This document shows, piece after piece, positions 25,022 to 36,881 of a stretch of DNA of 64,000 bases (its first letter is position 1; every line of letters begins with the position of its first letter). A program made the translations under genes and the position numbers. Under the pieces are notes generated by a model. That model was not told where the DNA came from, searched no databases, and worked only from the letters and a program-made list of their open reading frames with translations. The DNA comes from Lingula anatina. Its lineage: Eukaryota > Animalia > Brachiopoda. Where the stretch lies: the NCBI GenBank assembly GCA_051362555.1, contig CM120640.1:35421967-35485966 (forward strand), given 5' to 3'.

Positions 25022-25291
25022 CTGCAAAATATTATTTGAAAAAATACTATTTTCATAACAAAATCATTTAGAGAAAGTATAAAGATATAAAAATGGAAGT
25101 TAGCTAGCCCATAAATTAGAATGCTAAAAAATCAATGTGTGGTTGTATGCATGAAATGTTACTGACTTAGCGGCAGAACAATGATAACATTTTAAAACTT
25201 TTTCTGATAAAATTTTACAATGATAACATTTTAAAACTTTTTCTGATAAAATTAATTTCGACCTGACATAAGCTGAATGAATGACCTATAC

Positions 25292-25356
25292 CTGTAAATT
25301 TGGTTTTGGATTAAGATCTGCAGCAGATGTCTCTGATGTTTCAATGACAGATGGTC
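25292..25356 (-). CDS. TMEM181: TMEM181 exon 3 (GPSVIETSETSAADLNPKPNLQ)
   Basis: AG/GT boundaries, phase 1 to 0, bridges exons 2 and 4. Confidence 0.82.
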
Positions 25357-25564
25357 CTGTAAAACAAAAACCAATTAAAATTGCAATTCACCTCTAAGGT
25401 ATATAAATGAGGATAAAATGAATTTCAACGATAAATTTAATTGCAAAAACCAATTCCATTTTGTCAGGATAATCATTCCTTTGAGAATGATCACTTCACA
25501 AATTGTTTACCTTGATATTTAAACTTGCAATATTACAAACTTATCACAATTCTAAGGTACCTAC

Positions 25565-25668
25565 CTGCCAGTCCTATAAATACTGTGAGGAGAAAGCACA
25601 GAAAGAATGCAGCAAATACCAATACAAACTGCCGCTTGTTAAGAGTATAGAGGCGCATCTGTACAGAC
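25565..25668 (-). CDS. TMEM181: TMEM181 exon 2 (SVQMRLYTLNKRQFVLVFAAFFLCFLLTVFIGLAG)
   Basis: AG/GT boundaries. MRLYTL.KR.FVLVF motif. Confidence 0.93.
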
Positions 25669-26772
25669 CTGAAATATTTTAAATGAAAGTAATGGAACAA
25701 AATAATTGTTAAGATAAATAAATAAATAAAACCAATCATAAAAACTTTGTAACATTCTAGCCCCCCCCCTCCCCCGAGCCACCAGGATATAACAATGTAC
25801 TGGATGTAAATAAAAACTATGATCAAAAACTGAAAATTTTCAAATTTTATTGGTCCAGCTTATCTTACTAGCATTTGGCATAACCCGCGTGGTTAACATC
25901 ACAGATTATAATACTAAAATCAATGTTAATGTCTGAATGCTCTGTTTTTTGTGCTGGATATAAAGATTATTTTTTACGGTTAAATTATTAAGTACAGTGT
26001 TTGAATGCATGCCACTGAAACCTAAACAAAAAACAGATTTATGCTTTGTTTTAAATATGTTATATAAAATTCTTAAAATCTTAATCCACTGGGTGGAAAA
26101 AAGAGAGATTTTACTGTACTATTTAATAAATTATCTGTAGGTCTTAACATGTACCAAAATAATAGATCTTAACTGTAGAAGAGTGGAAAACAATATCAAT
26201 TTGGTAGGTTTAAGTTCTTAAATCTAACCCTCAAACAAAACTTTTGGGCATTTGGGCCTGTTTTATACAAAAAAAAAAATTAAACTGTAAATTTCAGACT
26301 CCTCTTCAACTGGAGGAGGTAGAATTGATCTGAATGGAGTAAAATACACTTGAAACTGAAGGTGACAAGGAAGTACAGCCTACCAGTGGTGCTTACAGGT
26401 AAAGGTAAAGCAATTACTATTTCAAAATACAGGTTATTAGTGTGGTTAATGAACCTCTCACTGATGAACTAAATAAATAAGATAAATAGTAAAAGGTGAA
26501 TATTTTAATTAAAGGAAATTACTAAGCAACTTATCGAAAGGAAGTTAGCCTACATGTGTACATTTACACGTGTAATTCAATCGCTAGCAGCATCATTACA
26601 CCTAAATTAATATCAGCAGATTGTTTTGATGTCCGGATCCTTTGATAGCTATAAACTGTAGTCGCAAATTTTGTTACAGAACCAAGTAAATTGATATTTG
26701 ATAAGGCAGATCGTCTGGACTTAGCCTACACGTAGATCTATACAAATCAGTTGGCAATCTGCCTATACTTAC

Positions 26773-26792
26773 GCCTCGATCTCTGGAATCAT
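26773..26792 (-). CDS. TMEM181: TMEM181 proximal alternative first coding exon 1b (MIPEIEA)
   Basis: AAAATG start and GC|gtaagt donor at phase 2, matching exon 2. Gives a 484-aa protein. Confidence 0.65.
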
Positions 26793-26879
26793 TTTGCTGA
26801 AGCTTTATCACATATCGTTTTCACCAAATTGGTATGTATTAGTAATTTTTTACGGAGTATACATGCTCATAGCCAAGTT

Positions 26880-26945
26880 GGAAATTGATGGCGATTTGTA
26901 AACTTCCGGTCGACCATTCACCGCTGTTAGGGGGCGCACGTTGGC
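26880..26945 (-). promoter_or_regulatory. putative housekeeping-type promoter for TMEM181 exon 1b
   Basis: ETS/GABP-type ACTTCCGG at 26902-26909 in a locally CpG-retaining segment just upstream of exon 1b. Confidence 0.45.
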
Positions 26946-27432
26946 AATACGAGAGCAATACTAGGTCATCTAGGAGCGAGTGTTTTGACGTTTTTATGCA
27001 GTTGATGAAGGCACAAGTAATTACTGTGTCTCACTATGTTTTTGTTTTAGTTAATTGATTTGCATGTATTCTGTAGTTTATTTTATGACATTCTGTCAAA
27101 GAGTGAGCAACAATTCGAGGTTTTTTTATGGTAAAAGTTTATGTTTGAATGCTTAGCGCTAAACTCTAATTATCGACAATGAACAGGTGTTCACGTTACC
27201 ACAAAAGAAGCCAAACGAAAAGTCGAATGCTTAATATATAAAGCTATCATTAGGGTCATATACATTCTTTGTTCGTGGCTAATTCAAAGAATCATATATT
27301 ACATTAGCTATATATAAACCAACATACAATTCGATTCTTTTTTGAAAAACGACAAGTACATGTAAATAATTGGATTTATCATACGAGTATCTGCCCTTAA
27401 GATATGTCAGATTTAGATTCATAGGCCCCTAC

Positions 27433-27566
27433 CTTTCGCATCTGTCATGGCGATACGTTGGCGCAATGTAAGTTCCAAATTCACCGCACAAATCTGAAAA
27501 CTGTGACAAAAATTTCCCAATGCTGAAACATGGCCCTGGACTGCTGCTTTCAAATGAATATTCCAT
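27433..27566 (-). CDS. TMEM181: TMEM181 distal alternative first coding exon 1a (MEYSFESSSPGPCFSIGKFLSQFSDLCGEFGTYIAPTYRHDRCER)
   Basis: ACAATG start and AG|gtaggg donor at phase 2. LSQFSDL...YIAP.Y.HDRCER-SVQMRLY matches the long invertebrate TMEM181 N-terminus as I recall it. Gives a 522-aa protein. Confidence 0.85.
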
Positions 27567-28064
27567 TGTATTTCAGTTAATGTCATTACCAATAAAAGAA
27601 GTCTATGGATGGGCTTGAAAAGTCACTGCTCTCGGCCCTTCTTGCTTTTCGCTGCCAAGATATCAAAAGTATAGAAATCCACTGCTTGATAGGTTTTATG
27701 ACTTCCAGGAATTATTCATCTTGAGTCTTGATCTTTATGCCGTGCTAGCTGGACATTTTGCTAAGATAATTTCAGAATTCGTAGTCTCCTGTGGACCTCT
27801 GACTCTCATCTCGTGGTAATTTTCATATGCTCAATTATTTGTGCTTTTCGGCTTCGTTCTTAAAAACTGGTCGCAATTTGAATCATGAAGAAAAAGATGT
27901 CTGGATATATTATCCGAGCAACGCCATCTTGGCAATGCTTTTCTCTGGCTGTATATATTGATGTTATTCTAGTTATGGAAAGGAGGCCGAATTGACGTCC
28001 TTCCTCACTCTGGTATTGATCGAAAAATTTCCACCGCGGCCTCATTCCCTCTTGAGACCGTCAT

Positions 28065-28070
28065 TATAAA
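28065..28070 (+). promoter_or_regulatory. putative TATA box of the cysteine-rich peptide gene
   Basis: TATAAA about 125 nt upstream of a GTGAGT donor (28193) that could splice to the acceptor at 28411. Confidence 0.45.
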
Positions 28071-28427
28071 CCAGATCGATTGAGTCTTGAAAGAGAGAAT
28101 CGCAGAAGACAGACAAAGTAGACCTTCTTCATCGTTTATTACGAGTCTTTATTGGCTTGTTTTTAATTTCGGTTACCCGGTTAGCGAGATTAGTGAGTTT
28201 ATATCAGTCAGTAAATCAGTTACATTGAGTTTTTTTCTGGAGGAGGGGATGTAGCCGTGCGTGGCATTTAAATCATAGCAGAATAAAAGTCGACTCTCAG
28301 CTAATTTGCGTTCACACGTTTTTTTCCTTTTTTTTGGAGGGGGGGGGGGATAGAGAGAGAAGAACTTTCTCAAAATCTCGTCTCAATCGTGATACTTCTT
28401 TTTATATTCAGGTATTGTTGAAGAAAC

Positions 28428-28494
28428 ATGAGCTTGATCAGACATATCCTGCTCCTTGTCGTGATATACTTGTATATGCCACAGAGCAATGGGC
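28428..28494 (+). CDS. secreted cysteine-rich peptide, signal-peptide exon (MSLIRHILLLVVIYLYMPQSNG)
   Basis: Acceptor at 28411 (5' UTR intron), AACATG start, hydrophobic core with an S-x-G cleavage site, and C|gtatgt donor at phase 1. Confidence 0.8.
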
Positions 28495-28888
28495 GTATGT
28501 TATTTTATTATATTTGATTATTTTACGTAAGACCGTGAGATTAGCATAACAAAATGAAAACAAATAAAAAGTCGAATAATGAATAACAAGATAGGAAATA
28601 GAATATATATAAAATAGGTGATCAATAACCATGCCTTACGACGAAGAAAATTTGTTCAGCAATTTACTTCGCAGTAATTTTGATTTTTTGCCATGCTGTA
28701 TTTTTTTATTTTATTTATTTATTTTATTATTATTATTATTATTATTTTTTTTTTTTTTTCTTTTTTGTATGGTTATAACTTAACGAATACAAATGTATGT
28801 TATAGTATTCGGGGTTTTTTCCCATACTGTGTCTGATTCCATTTTTATACGTGGGCTGGCAATTAACAAATAGACGTGTATTTTACAG

Positions 28889-29133
28889 AATGCGTCGACC
28901 CTTGCGCCGAGAAGAATGAGGTCACTCTGACCCAGCCCTGCCAGTGTGTAACCTGGTATCTCACGTGCGATAGTTGCTGCGCCAAAGTGTTTGGTCAAGG
29001 GAAATACTTCTACCAGTGGAGCCAAAACAAATTCTGCACTTGCTGTCGAAAGGACGACGTTGGAAAGGAAAAGACTGCGAATCGAAGAAAAGCATTGGGC
29101 GAATCGAAGAAAAGTTTCAAACTTGTTAATTGA
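28889..29133 (+). CDS. secreted cysteine-rich peptide, mature-domain exon (QCVDPC...PCQCVTWYLTCDSCCAK...NKFCTCC-RK, then basic tail)
   Basis: ttttacag acceptor at phase 1, in frame with the signal exon. 10 Cys; 103-aa precursor; AATAAA at 29655. Confidence 0.82.
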
Positions 29134-31715
29134 ATGTTATGTATTTTGTGGATCGAACTGAGGAACTGTGATTACTTCTCCCACTTCCCGACGAAATCTT
29201 GTATCGTGATTCAAACAAATTACGGGTGACAGACAAAAATGGGAGTTATGAATTGGTTGTGCTATATTGAAAACATAATTTCCTGAGAAAAATTTTAAAA
29301 ATTTATTTGGTGAAGGGAATTTGGAACCGAGTGAGCTAGTAGACGTAATGGATTTGTGCATATTTTAAATGGCTGATCAATTACCGTAGCTTATGACGAA
29401 AAATTGTTAACAGCAATCACTTAAGCATTCAATGATTGCAGTAATTTAGCTTTATTGCCATGCTGAAATTTTATTCTCTTTCTAATAATATACTTGCAAT
29501 AATCTAGAATTTTTCTGTCTCATGTTTTTTATTAAGTGAGAAGTTTATGTATATGGTAGTTTAAGTTGAGCACATTTCTTTTATTTTGTACAAAGATTTA
29601 ATGATTCATAACGACATTCACCTGAATTATGCAAACATATTTTTCACATGTTAGAATAAACTTTTTTGTGAAACTGGCAAAGAAGTTTGTTCTTTTTACC
29701 ATTAATGCTTGAAAATCATCCTATACCGATTTGTCTCGGCAAGTCTAAATCACTCTGCAATTTCTTTTGAGCCTCTGCAGTGCTATAACACAAGATGTGC
29801 GGACTTTTCTTGTAATCATTAAAGAAGCAATCCTTTTTTTAGCATGGACCCGGTTTAGACCAGGAATTTGTCACTGCATAGGAAGAATGCTGATTTATCA
29901 GATTTGCGTTTTTAAGTCAACATAAAAATACTTTGATTGTGTTAGAGGATATATTGATAGCTATCTCCCCCTAGCGTTGACTTTTTGTGAGATTCGAGAA
30001 TCGCGGGAATATTTAAGTGCATGATGGGGGGCTTCCTCGTACGTTTTTTTGAAAAAAAATTATTTTATTTCAACAACAAGTGGACATCAGCCCATACATG
30101 TTTTGACCGTAAAATTTGTGAACAACAACCATCCAAGCAACAACCTCTCACCATATCTGTAGTTATTTGCATAACAATACGTTGCTCAACGTAATGCGAG
30201 CTGTCTTCCAAATTAGTCACTTGGCAGTTGGACGACGTAAAGTGAAGACACAAGGATATGTCTGGCGAAGTCTCAAGGTCGAGCTTTGATTAGGCGTAGA
30301 AGGAAATAAATGTCCTGTAAGTATCACTGCTTCTTCAGTTACCTCCGTTATCCAATACCATATACTTCTTTTTTTGTATTGAATAAAATGTTTAAAAGTA
30401 CCAAAGACGTGCATGTAGAAGAAAGAGAAGTAACATCGTGTAACCTTTTGTTATGTCCAGAGTATTATTATATATTGGTTTTTGATAAGTGTTACAATAC
30501 ATTGGGACTGAAAGCAAAAGGAACAGCAGGGTTCTTAGTTGGCTGCCGAAAAAATGTGCCTGAAAGTTAGCTTTGCTTGAGTTTACTATGCTTTGCTTGA
30601 ACATTTTTGTATGGCCCTGGACAAGTAAAATACCATTTGAGACTTTAAATGTGAAGGTAAGCGACAAAAAACATTGAATAATTCGGATGACATCCTGACT
30701 CGATAGCAATTATATCCAAATTATGAGCGCTATAACCGATACATTATTTTGTCAGTCAATTAACTGGCCATACTGTACTCTGCACTGGAATTCGTCAAAA
30801 TGGTGTTGCCTTAGCTGAGATCTGCGTTCTTGGAATACTAAAGCAATGACATTTGATTAATTTTTATGCCAAACGTAGTAAGGCAACTTCGATCTCGGAT
30901 TTTTTCGGTGCTAACCGAGCATGAAATTCAGACAAACCGTTTGAGTAATTTCAGCCATAAGTACTTCCTCTTTGATAAATCATACATAAATACTATGTTA
31001 ATTGAGAGCCAAAAATTTCTCAAACTTTTTTTCTCATTTCAGAAACACAGCGAGATACTGCGCAGCATGCACCTCCAAGAAACTTAGCCCTTTGATCGCA
31101 TCCAGGATCCCTACGCCCATTAATGTATTTATTATGATAAAACCAAATAAATACGTTTTTAGTAATTTTTTACTATTTTGATATGAAATTAAAATATGAT
31201 GATAATTTTAATGACAACAGAAAGAAGTAAGACTATTAAAAGATAATAACTGTTTTGGCACTTTCAAATACAATCCGCTCATATTGTCGACTTTCTGTGG
31301 TACCTGAAGTTACAATGTTTTGAAATGTTCTTGTGAAAAAATATTTAGTATATCTTATTCCTTCATATATGTGTATGCCCAATTTAAAATCCACATAGCC
31401 CTAAATGTTCAGTCAATAATATTGCAATTTCTATAAAATCGTGGAAATGCCATGTTTGTTTGATTGAATGTTTTCACATCTTTTTGACAATTCACTGTCT
31501 TAATGTATGTGCATTTGTAATGACTCTGTTTGAATGTTTTTTCCTTTGTTTGTTCAATTTTTTTGTATGTTTGGCATTTTAGTACTATCTTAATATTATC
31601 TAAGTACGTTTTCAAGGATTTGAAAATAAACTAATAAATAAATTGTTTTGTTTTTAATGAATGATACAATAATGATAATTGCCCCCAGCATAAAAATTCA
31701 CTCCACCTGGCATTG

Positions 31716-32670
31716 CACCACCTGTCGAAACTTCCTTTCCATCCTCAAATTAAATGGATTCGTCCCTTTGACCCCTCCAGACTGAAAGGAATCGACCTAC
31801 CTCTCACCCCTCAAACTAAATGGATTCGCCTTACGTGGAACCCCTCAAAATTGGATGAACTTGACGCACCTTTCAACCCCTAAGCTGAATGCACTTGCCC
31901 CACCTATTACCCCTCGAAAGTGAATGGACTCGCCACACCTTTCACACCTCAAAACTGAATGGACTCACCCTACCTGTCACCCCTCAAAACTGATTGGACT
32001 CGACCCACCTGTCACCCCTCAAAACTGAATGGACTCGTCCCACCTGTTACCCCTCAAAACTGAATGGACTCGCCCCACCTGTCACCCCTCAAAACTGAAT
32101 GGACTCGCCCCACCTGTCACCCCTCTAAAGTGAATGGACACGCCCCACCTGTCACCCCTCAAAACTGAATGGACACGGCCCACCTGTCACCCCTCTAAAA
32201 TGAATGGGCTTGCCCTACCTGTCACCCCTCTAAAATGAATGGACTTGCCCCACCTGACACCCCTCTAAAATGAATGGACTTGCCCCACCTGACACCCCTC
32301 AAAAGTGAATGGACTCTCCCCACCTGTCACCCCTTAAAAATTGAATGGACTCCCCCCACCTGTCACCCCTCAAAACTGAATGGAATTGCCACACCTTTCA
32401 CCCCTCAAAACTGAATGGACTCCCCCCCACCTGTCACCCCTCAAAACTGAATGGAATTGCCACACCTTTCACCCCTCAAAACTGAATGGACTCGCCCCAC
32501 CTGTTACCCCTCAAAACGTAATGGACTGACCTCACCTGTCTCCCCTCAAAACAGAATGGATGCGCCAACCTTTCACCCCTTAAAACTGAATGGACACGTT
32601 CCAGGCATCACCCCACAAATGAAATGTACTTGTCCCATCTGCTATTATTAAAATTGAATGGATTTGTTCC
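31716..32670. repeat. 35-bp minisatellite (consensus cacctgtcacccctcaaaactgaatggactcgccc), roughly 27 copies
   Basis: Unit spacing is 35 nt (e.g. 32041 and 32076). Homogeneous centre, degenerate edges, no unique spacers. Confidence 0.95.
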
Positions 32671-35423
32671 AAGAGATTTTTATTTCGTCACCCCAAAGCA
32701 CTTATCACACTCTTTCTAAACAAAGTGTTTTATTTATCATATCATATCGTTATAATTTCAGTGAACAAAACCAAAAAAAAAAAAATAGACGAAGACACTT
32801 AAATATGTAAATGGCGTTTACTTCTACATATATTGCTGAATACGTGTTTTATGCATAACTATTACCAGACTTTAGATATCAATCATTTTTACTGTACAAA
32901 AATGAACTTAGGACTTTTAACCAATTGTATTTTTCATTTTGCTCACATCTATCACAATATATCATAGTATTGATTACAACTAAAAATATCAAAATACAAT
33001 GATCTGATGGAAACTATTTAACAAAGTGAAAAATTCGAGAGTGAAGACTTATGTGCCTAGGAAAACGCATGCCAAAAGCAGTGTAAAATTACACAAACTT
33101 CTGTAAAATACATTCAAAACGTAATGACTCTCCTCTATATGACCATTTGTGAACATTTGCGAACATCACTTGAAAATATAAATAAAAGATTCTAAATACA
33201 TAAACATTGATAAGATGAGAGTCATAATATGCAAAGACATAACAATAACATTTTGGTATTTAAAAACATTGATAATTACACCATTATATATAATTGCATA
33301 CAGTAAGAAAATTTGAGAGCAACTTTCAAATAGAGTCGGATGCACATTCCACGTTATAGCACGTTATAGCATGAAAAGATCATGATCAATCTTTAGCGTA
33401 TGATTTGTAAACAATATGATTGATATTTGGGTTTAATTGGAAAAAGTATCATCATTTCAACATATGAAAAGTTAATATGTAAGCCCAGGATGTTTTGGAA
33501 ATCAGATAAATAGCATGCACGATTTTTATCATATAATATAGCTTGTATTTCTGTGTCCCTGTGTCCGGTCCAAAATATGTGCAAAAGACCGAAGAAGTTT
33601 CTGTCAGTTGCATGTGGATTTTTCAGTACCTCGGCAAAGGAAATGGATGCTCTGAAATACGACGAAAATACAAATGATATAAATCAATTTCCCAATGTAA
33701 CACGATTTGACCTAAGATTAAGTAAACTTAAAATGGAAAGGCATGTGATATTCAAATAAATCGGACTGAGGCTGGCTGAACACCAAATTGGAAAAAAATT
33801 TAAAATGAATGAAAAAAGGGACTGCAGTCCAATATTCACGTATTTATTTCTTATTTCTATCTAAATATTCTTTTAAATTTCTATCAGATGTTTGATACTT
33901 TAATGGTATATTTATATTAAAGTTATATGGTATACACTCATTTCTATTTCTCTATGAAAGGAATGACAAGAATAAAATAGGACCAATATTATGGGAAAGT
34001 TTTTTTTTCTGTGTTATGAACAACAAAGAGTAATCAACAAATATGTCAAATTAAAACAAGCTTTTGGCAAATACTTATGTACAAGCTATATCAAATTCAA
34101 ATCACAACAAATGAAAATTATGCCCGTTACCCTGACGATAGCCATACATACAACATTATCGAGTTATTTACTTCAGTATTCTGCCTCACAAGTTCAATTT
34201 TTGGTCTAATATGCAAGGTACTTGCAGCATGTAAGTCCGAAATCTGAGGCAAGGTACTCACCTGCTTTAACCTAGTATTTAAAATCCGAAGCTGAGCCAA
34301 CCAAGGTATGCACATTAGATGTAACTTCTTTTCACTCTTATACCTATGCAGAAGAAATGTTACTCACAAGACTTAATTTGCTTCAACGCTGAATGGAATA
34401 TTGTAATTTCGCCACATCTATCCTCTGTATCCTACGTCCTCTTCTTTCAGAGTCCAGAGGTCAAGTGATACGACTAGTCAAGAAGATAATTTGCACTGCA
34501 CTGAGAGACTTATTGCTATGTAAATTACGTTATGTAACAGGTAGGTCTATGGCGCATTTTGAGTGATGAGTTGCTGCTGAAATCATGCTCACCAGCAAAT
34601 GTGCATGATCTTACAGAATGTTAACTCAGAATTTATGCGAGCTCTTGACTGACACTTTCAGATTATTTAATCAAAAGCCCCTCGCTGCAAAATGAGTCAC
34701 GATGTTTCAAAATAATTTGCCTTATTCTAAAGTAAGGGGATGTAATAACTGTCACCGCTACCATATTTGCATGGACTATTTATACACTCGTAACATTCCG
34801 ATTACGGACATCCTTCAGATAAACATGGCAGAGAATATGTACAAATTGTTTTTAAAAGGTTCAACACCGGTGCTTTTAGATACTATATTTACTCGATTTG
34901 GCCTCGTTTTATTTTGCAAGCCTTACACCAATCTTAGACATAATAATCGATATTATGTCCAAGCACCAATAAACTAGAAAAGATAGACCCATAGTAACCA
35001 TTGAACTTGGATAGAAAAAACATATACCAGTACAGTTGAAATGAAACTTTTATTTATTATATTGATATATCCGGGTAATTTATCACTACCAGCATTTTAA
35101 ATACTTAACTTTTAAATCACAAAATTAAATATATAATGTTATGGGCATATCTGACAATGGACATTTGTTATTTATTTATCTATTTATTTTGTAATTTATT
35201 TGTCAGATAATAACCTAATTCTCACAGCAGCTAAAGGTTTGGTCTATGGAATGCAACATACGGGTATGCAGCCTGAATTGCAGTAGAAACTAAATTCACA
35301 GGGAGCAAGTCTGTATCGTCCGTTTTGTTTTGTTGAAAAGTAACAACCGTGTGTTTGCATTTATTTTTGAACGTGTGTGTATACGCCTGATGCGCGCTCG
35401 CACATGCATACACAAGTAATGCT

Positions 35424-36881
35424 TTACGGTTCAGTCATGCAGATTTGTCTCAGAAGCAAGTGCGCTATAGTAATACCAGTGTCTCCAATATACTTAATTT
35501 TCCCATCTCTTTGAATGGCACATAAATAGTGAATGTCATCACAGGTTGTATTAACCAAAGGGTTTGTGATGTAAAACGCGTCGAAAACCTCGACACCGTA
35601 TTTCTTCATCTTCATTCTCAATATTTCATTTGTTGCTGCTTTCATATAATAGTTACTGTCATTTTTCCCATGTCCCCCAGTTACAATATTGAAATATACC
35701 AGTCTAACATCAGATGTATCTGGATTTTGACGAACTTCTTGGATGGCGTCGAAGATATATTTACTGGAATTGGATATAAATTCCCAGGTGCTTTTAAAAG
35801 CTAAATCCCACTGACCTAAACCCAGAACAATCACATCTCTCTTTGACCACGTGGGTTTTGAAGATAGAAACTTCCGAAGACACTCGGCCGCAACTTCCGG
35901 GTAACTTCCCCAGAGAAATGCAATGTTCTCCATGTGAATGGATCTGTCATGGACTTTTCGCAGATGGAAATCGTTCTCCAGCTTAACTAAATGCATGAAA
36001 TAGGCCGATATTCCTCTCACGTGAGAGTCCCCTATAAAGGCAAAACTAATTTTGTCATTTTTACATCGATATATTTCAGTTGGAGTTAAATACGGCAGCA
36101 ACGACCCTTTTTCCGACCCCCAACTCCAAGTTCCGTTAGTTTTCCACCATCGTCCACGTAAATAATCTGTCAAGTATCCGCTGTATTTTACTTGAAGACT
36201 CTTCATTTCAGTATGACTAATTGGGCACACACCGTTGTATATCTTCAGAATTTTTCGAATGCGCCCTGGCCATGCGGTATTAGCATCTGCATGGTGTCTG
36301 TATGCCTCAAAGCGTATATAGTCCAGATGAACAGTGATGTCTACACAGGTGTATATTTTAGGACACTGAGCAACATAAGTGCCGTTGAGAAAGTCCCTTA
36401 CCGTACAGGTTAAGCATTCTCCTCCTACCGCTTGAATTCTAAAGCAGCTCCCTCCACGTGAGGTGACATTGCGGAAGTCTGCGTTGTCTGTTCTGAGATA
36501 TTCGTTTATCACAAAAGTTAGCATATCTGGATTAGAATGAAGCCGGGCCATTTTAATGACAAAATAACGCCGCGATATTTCAGAATGGTATCGTGTATAA
36601 TCTGAGGACGAAGAACCGGACAAATCTGATACTTTTTCTGGATGAGACGCTTTTGACCAGTAATGGTACAGTTGTGACACTTCAGCTGGGCCAAATCGCG
36701 TTATGTCGGCATTTGTGGATCCCACCGATAATAGTTCACCTCTGCTGTGGATCAAATACCCATCCTCTGTCCTTGGAATGAGCCAGACAATGAAAATCAT
36801 GAATACGATGAGAGAAACAGCTACGGAATAAAACACATATTTCATCCATTTGACTCGTCCGTTTTTAAAGAGGAGATTCAT
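35424..36881 (-). CDS. NXPE/PC-esterase-like type II membrane SGNH-fold protein (putative glycan O-acyltransferase/esterase), 485 aa
   Basis: Uninterrupted ORF with an N-terminal TM anchor. VRDFLNGTY is the Ig-like DxxNGTY motif, FIGDSHVR is the GDS nucleophile, and DDIHY is the DxxH motif. An acceptor lies just before the ATG. Confidence 0.88.
   Translation of the reverse strand: MNLLFKNGRVKWMKYVFYSVAVSLIVFMIFIVWLIPRTEDGYLIHSRGELLSVGSTNADITRFGPAEVSQLYHYWSKASHPEKVSDLSGSSSSDYTRYHSEISRRYFVIKMARLHSNPDMLTFVINEYLRTDNADFRNVTSRGGSCFRIQAVGGECLTCTVRDFLNGTYVAQCPKIYTCVDITVHLDYIRFEAYRHHADANTAWPGRIRKILKIYNGVCPISHTEMKSLQVKYSGYLTDYLRGRWWKTNGTWSWGSEKGSLLPYLTPTEIYRCKNDKISFAFIGDSHVRGISAYFMHLVKLENDFHLRKVHDRSIHMENIAFLWGSYPEVAAECLRKFLSSKPTWSKRDVIVLGLGQWDLAFKSTWEFISNSSKYIFDAIQEVRQNPDTSDVRLVYFNIVTGGHGKNDSNYYMKAATNEILRMKMKKYGVEVFDAFYITNPLVNTTCDDIHYLCAIQRDGKIKYIGDTGITIAHLLLRQICMTEP

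Noticed and set aside
30065-30253. - strand ORF with GCCLDGCC, considered as a second cysteine-rich peptide
   Set aside because: Non-ATG start, no signal peptide, and no compatible splice sites found.
31716-32670. CRISPR-like regular array, and ORF 32451-32651
   Set aside because: The units are contiguous with no unique spacers, there are no cas genes, and the context is eukaryotic. The ORF is a by-product of the repeat.
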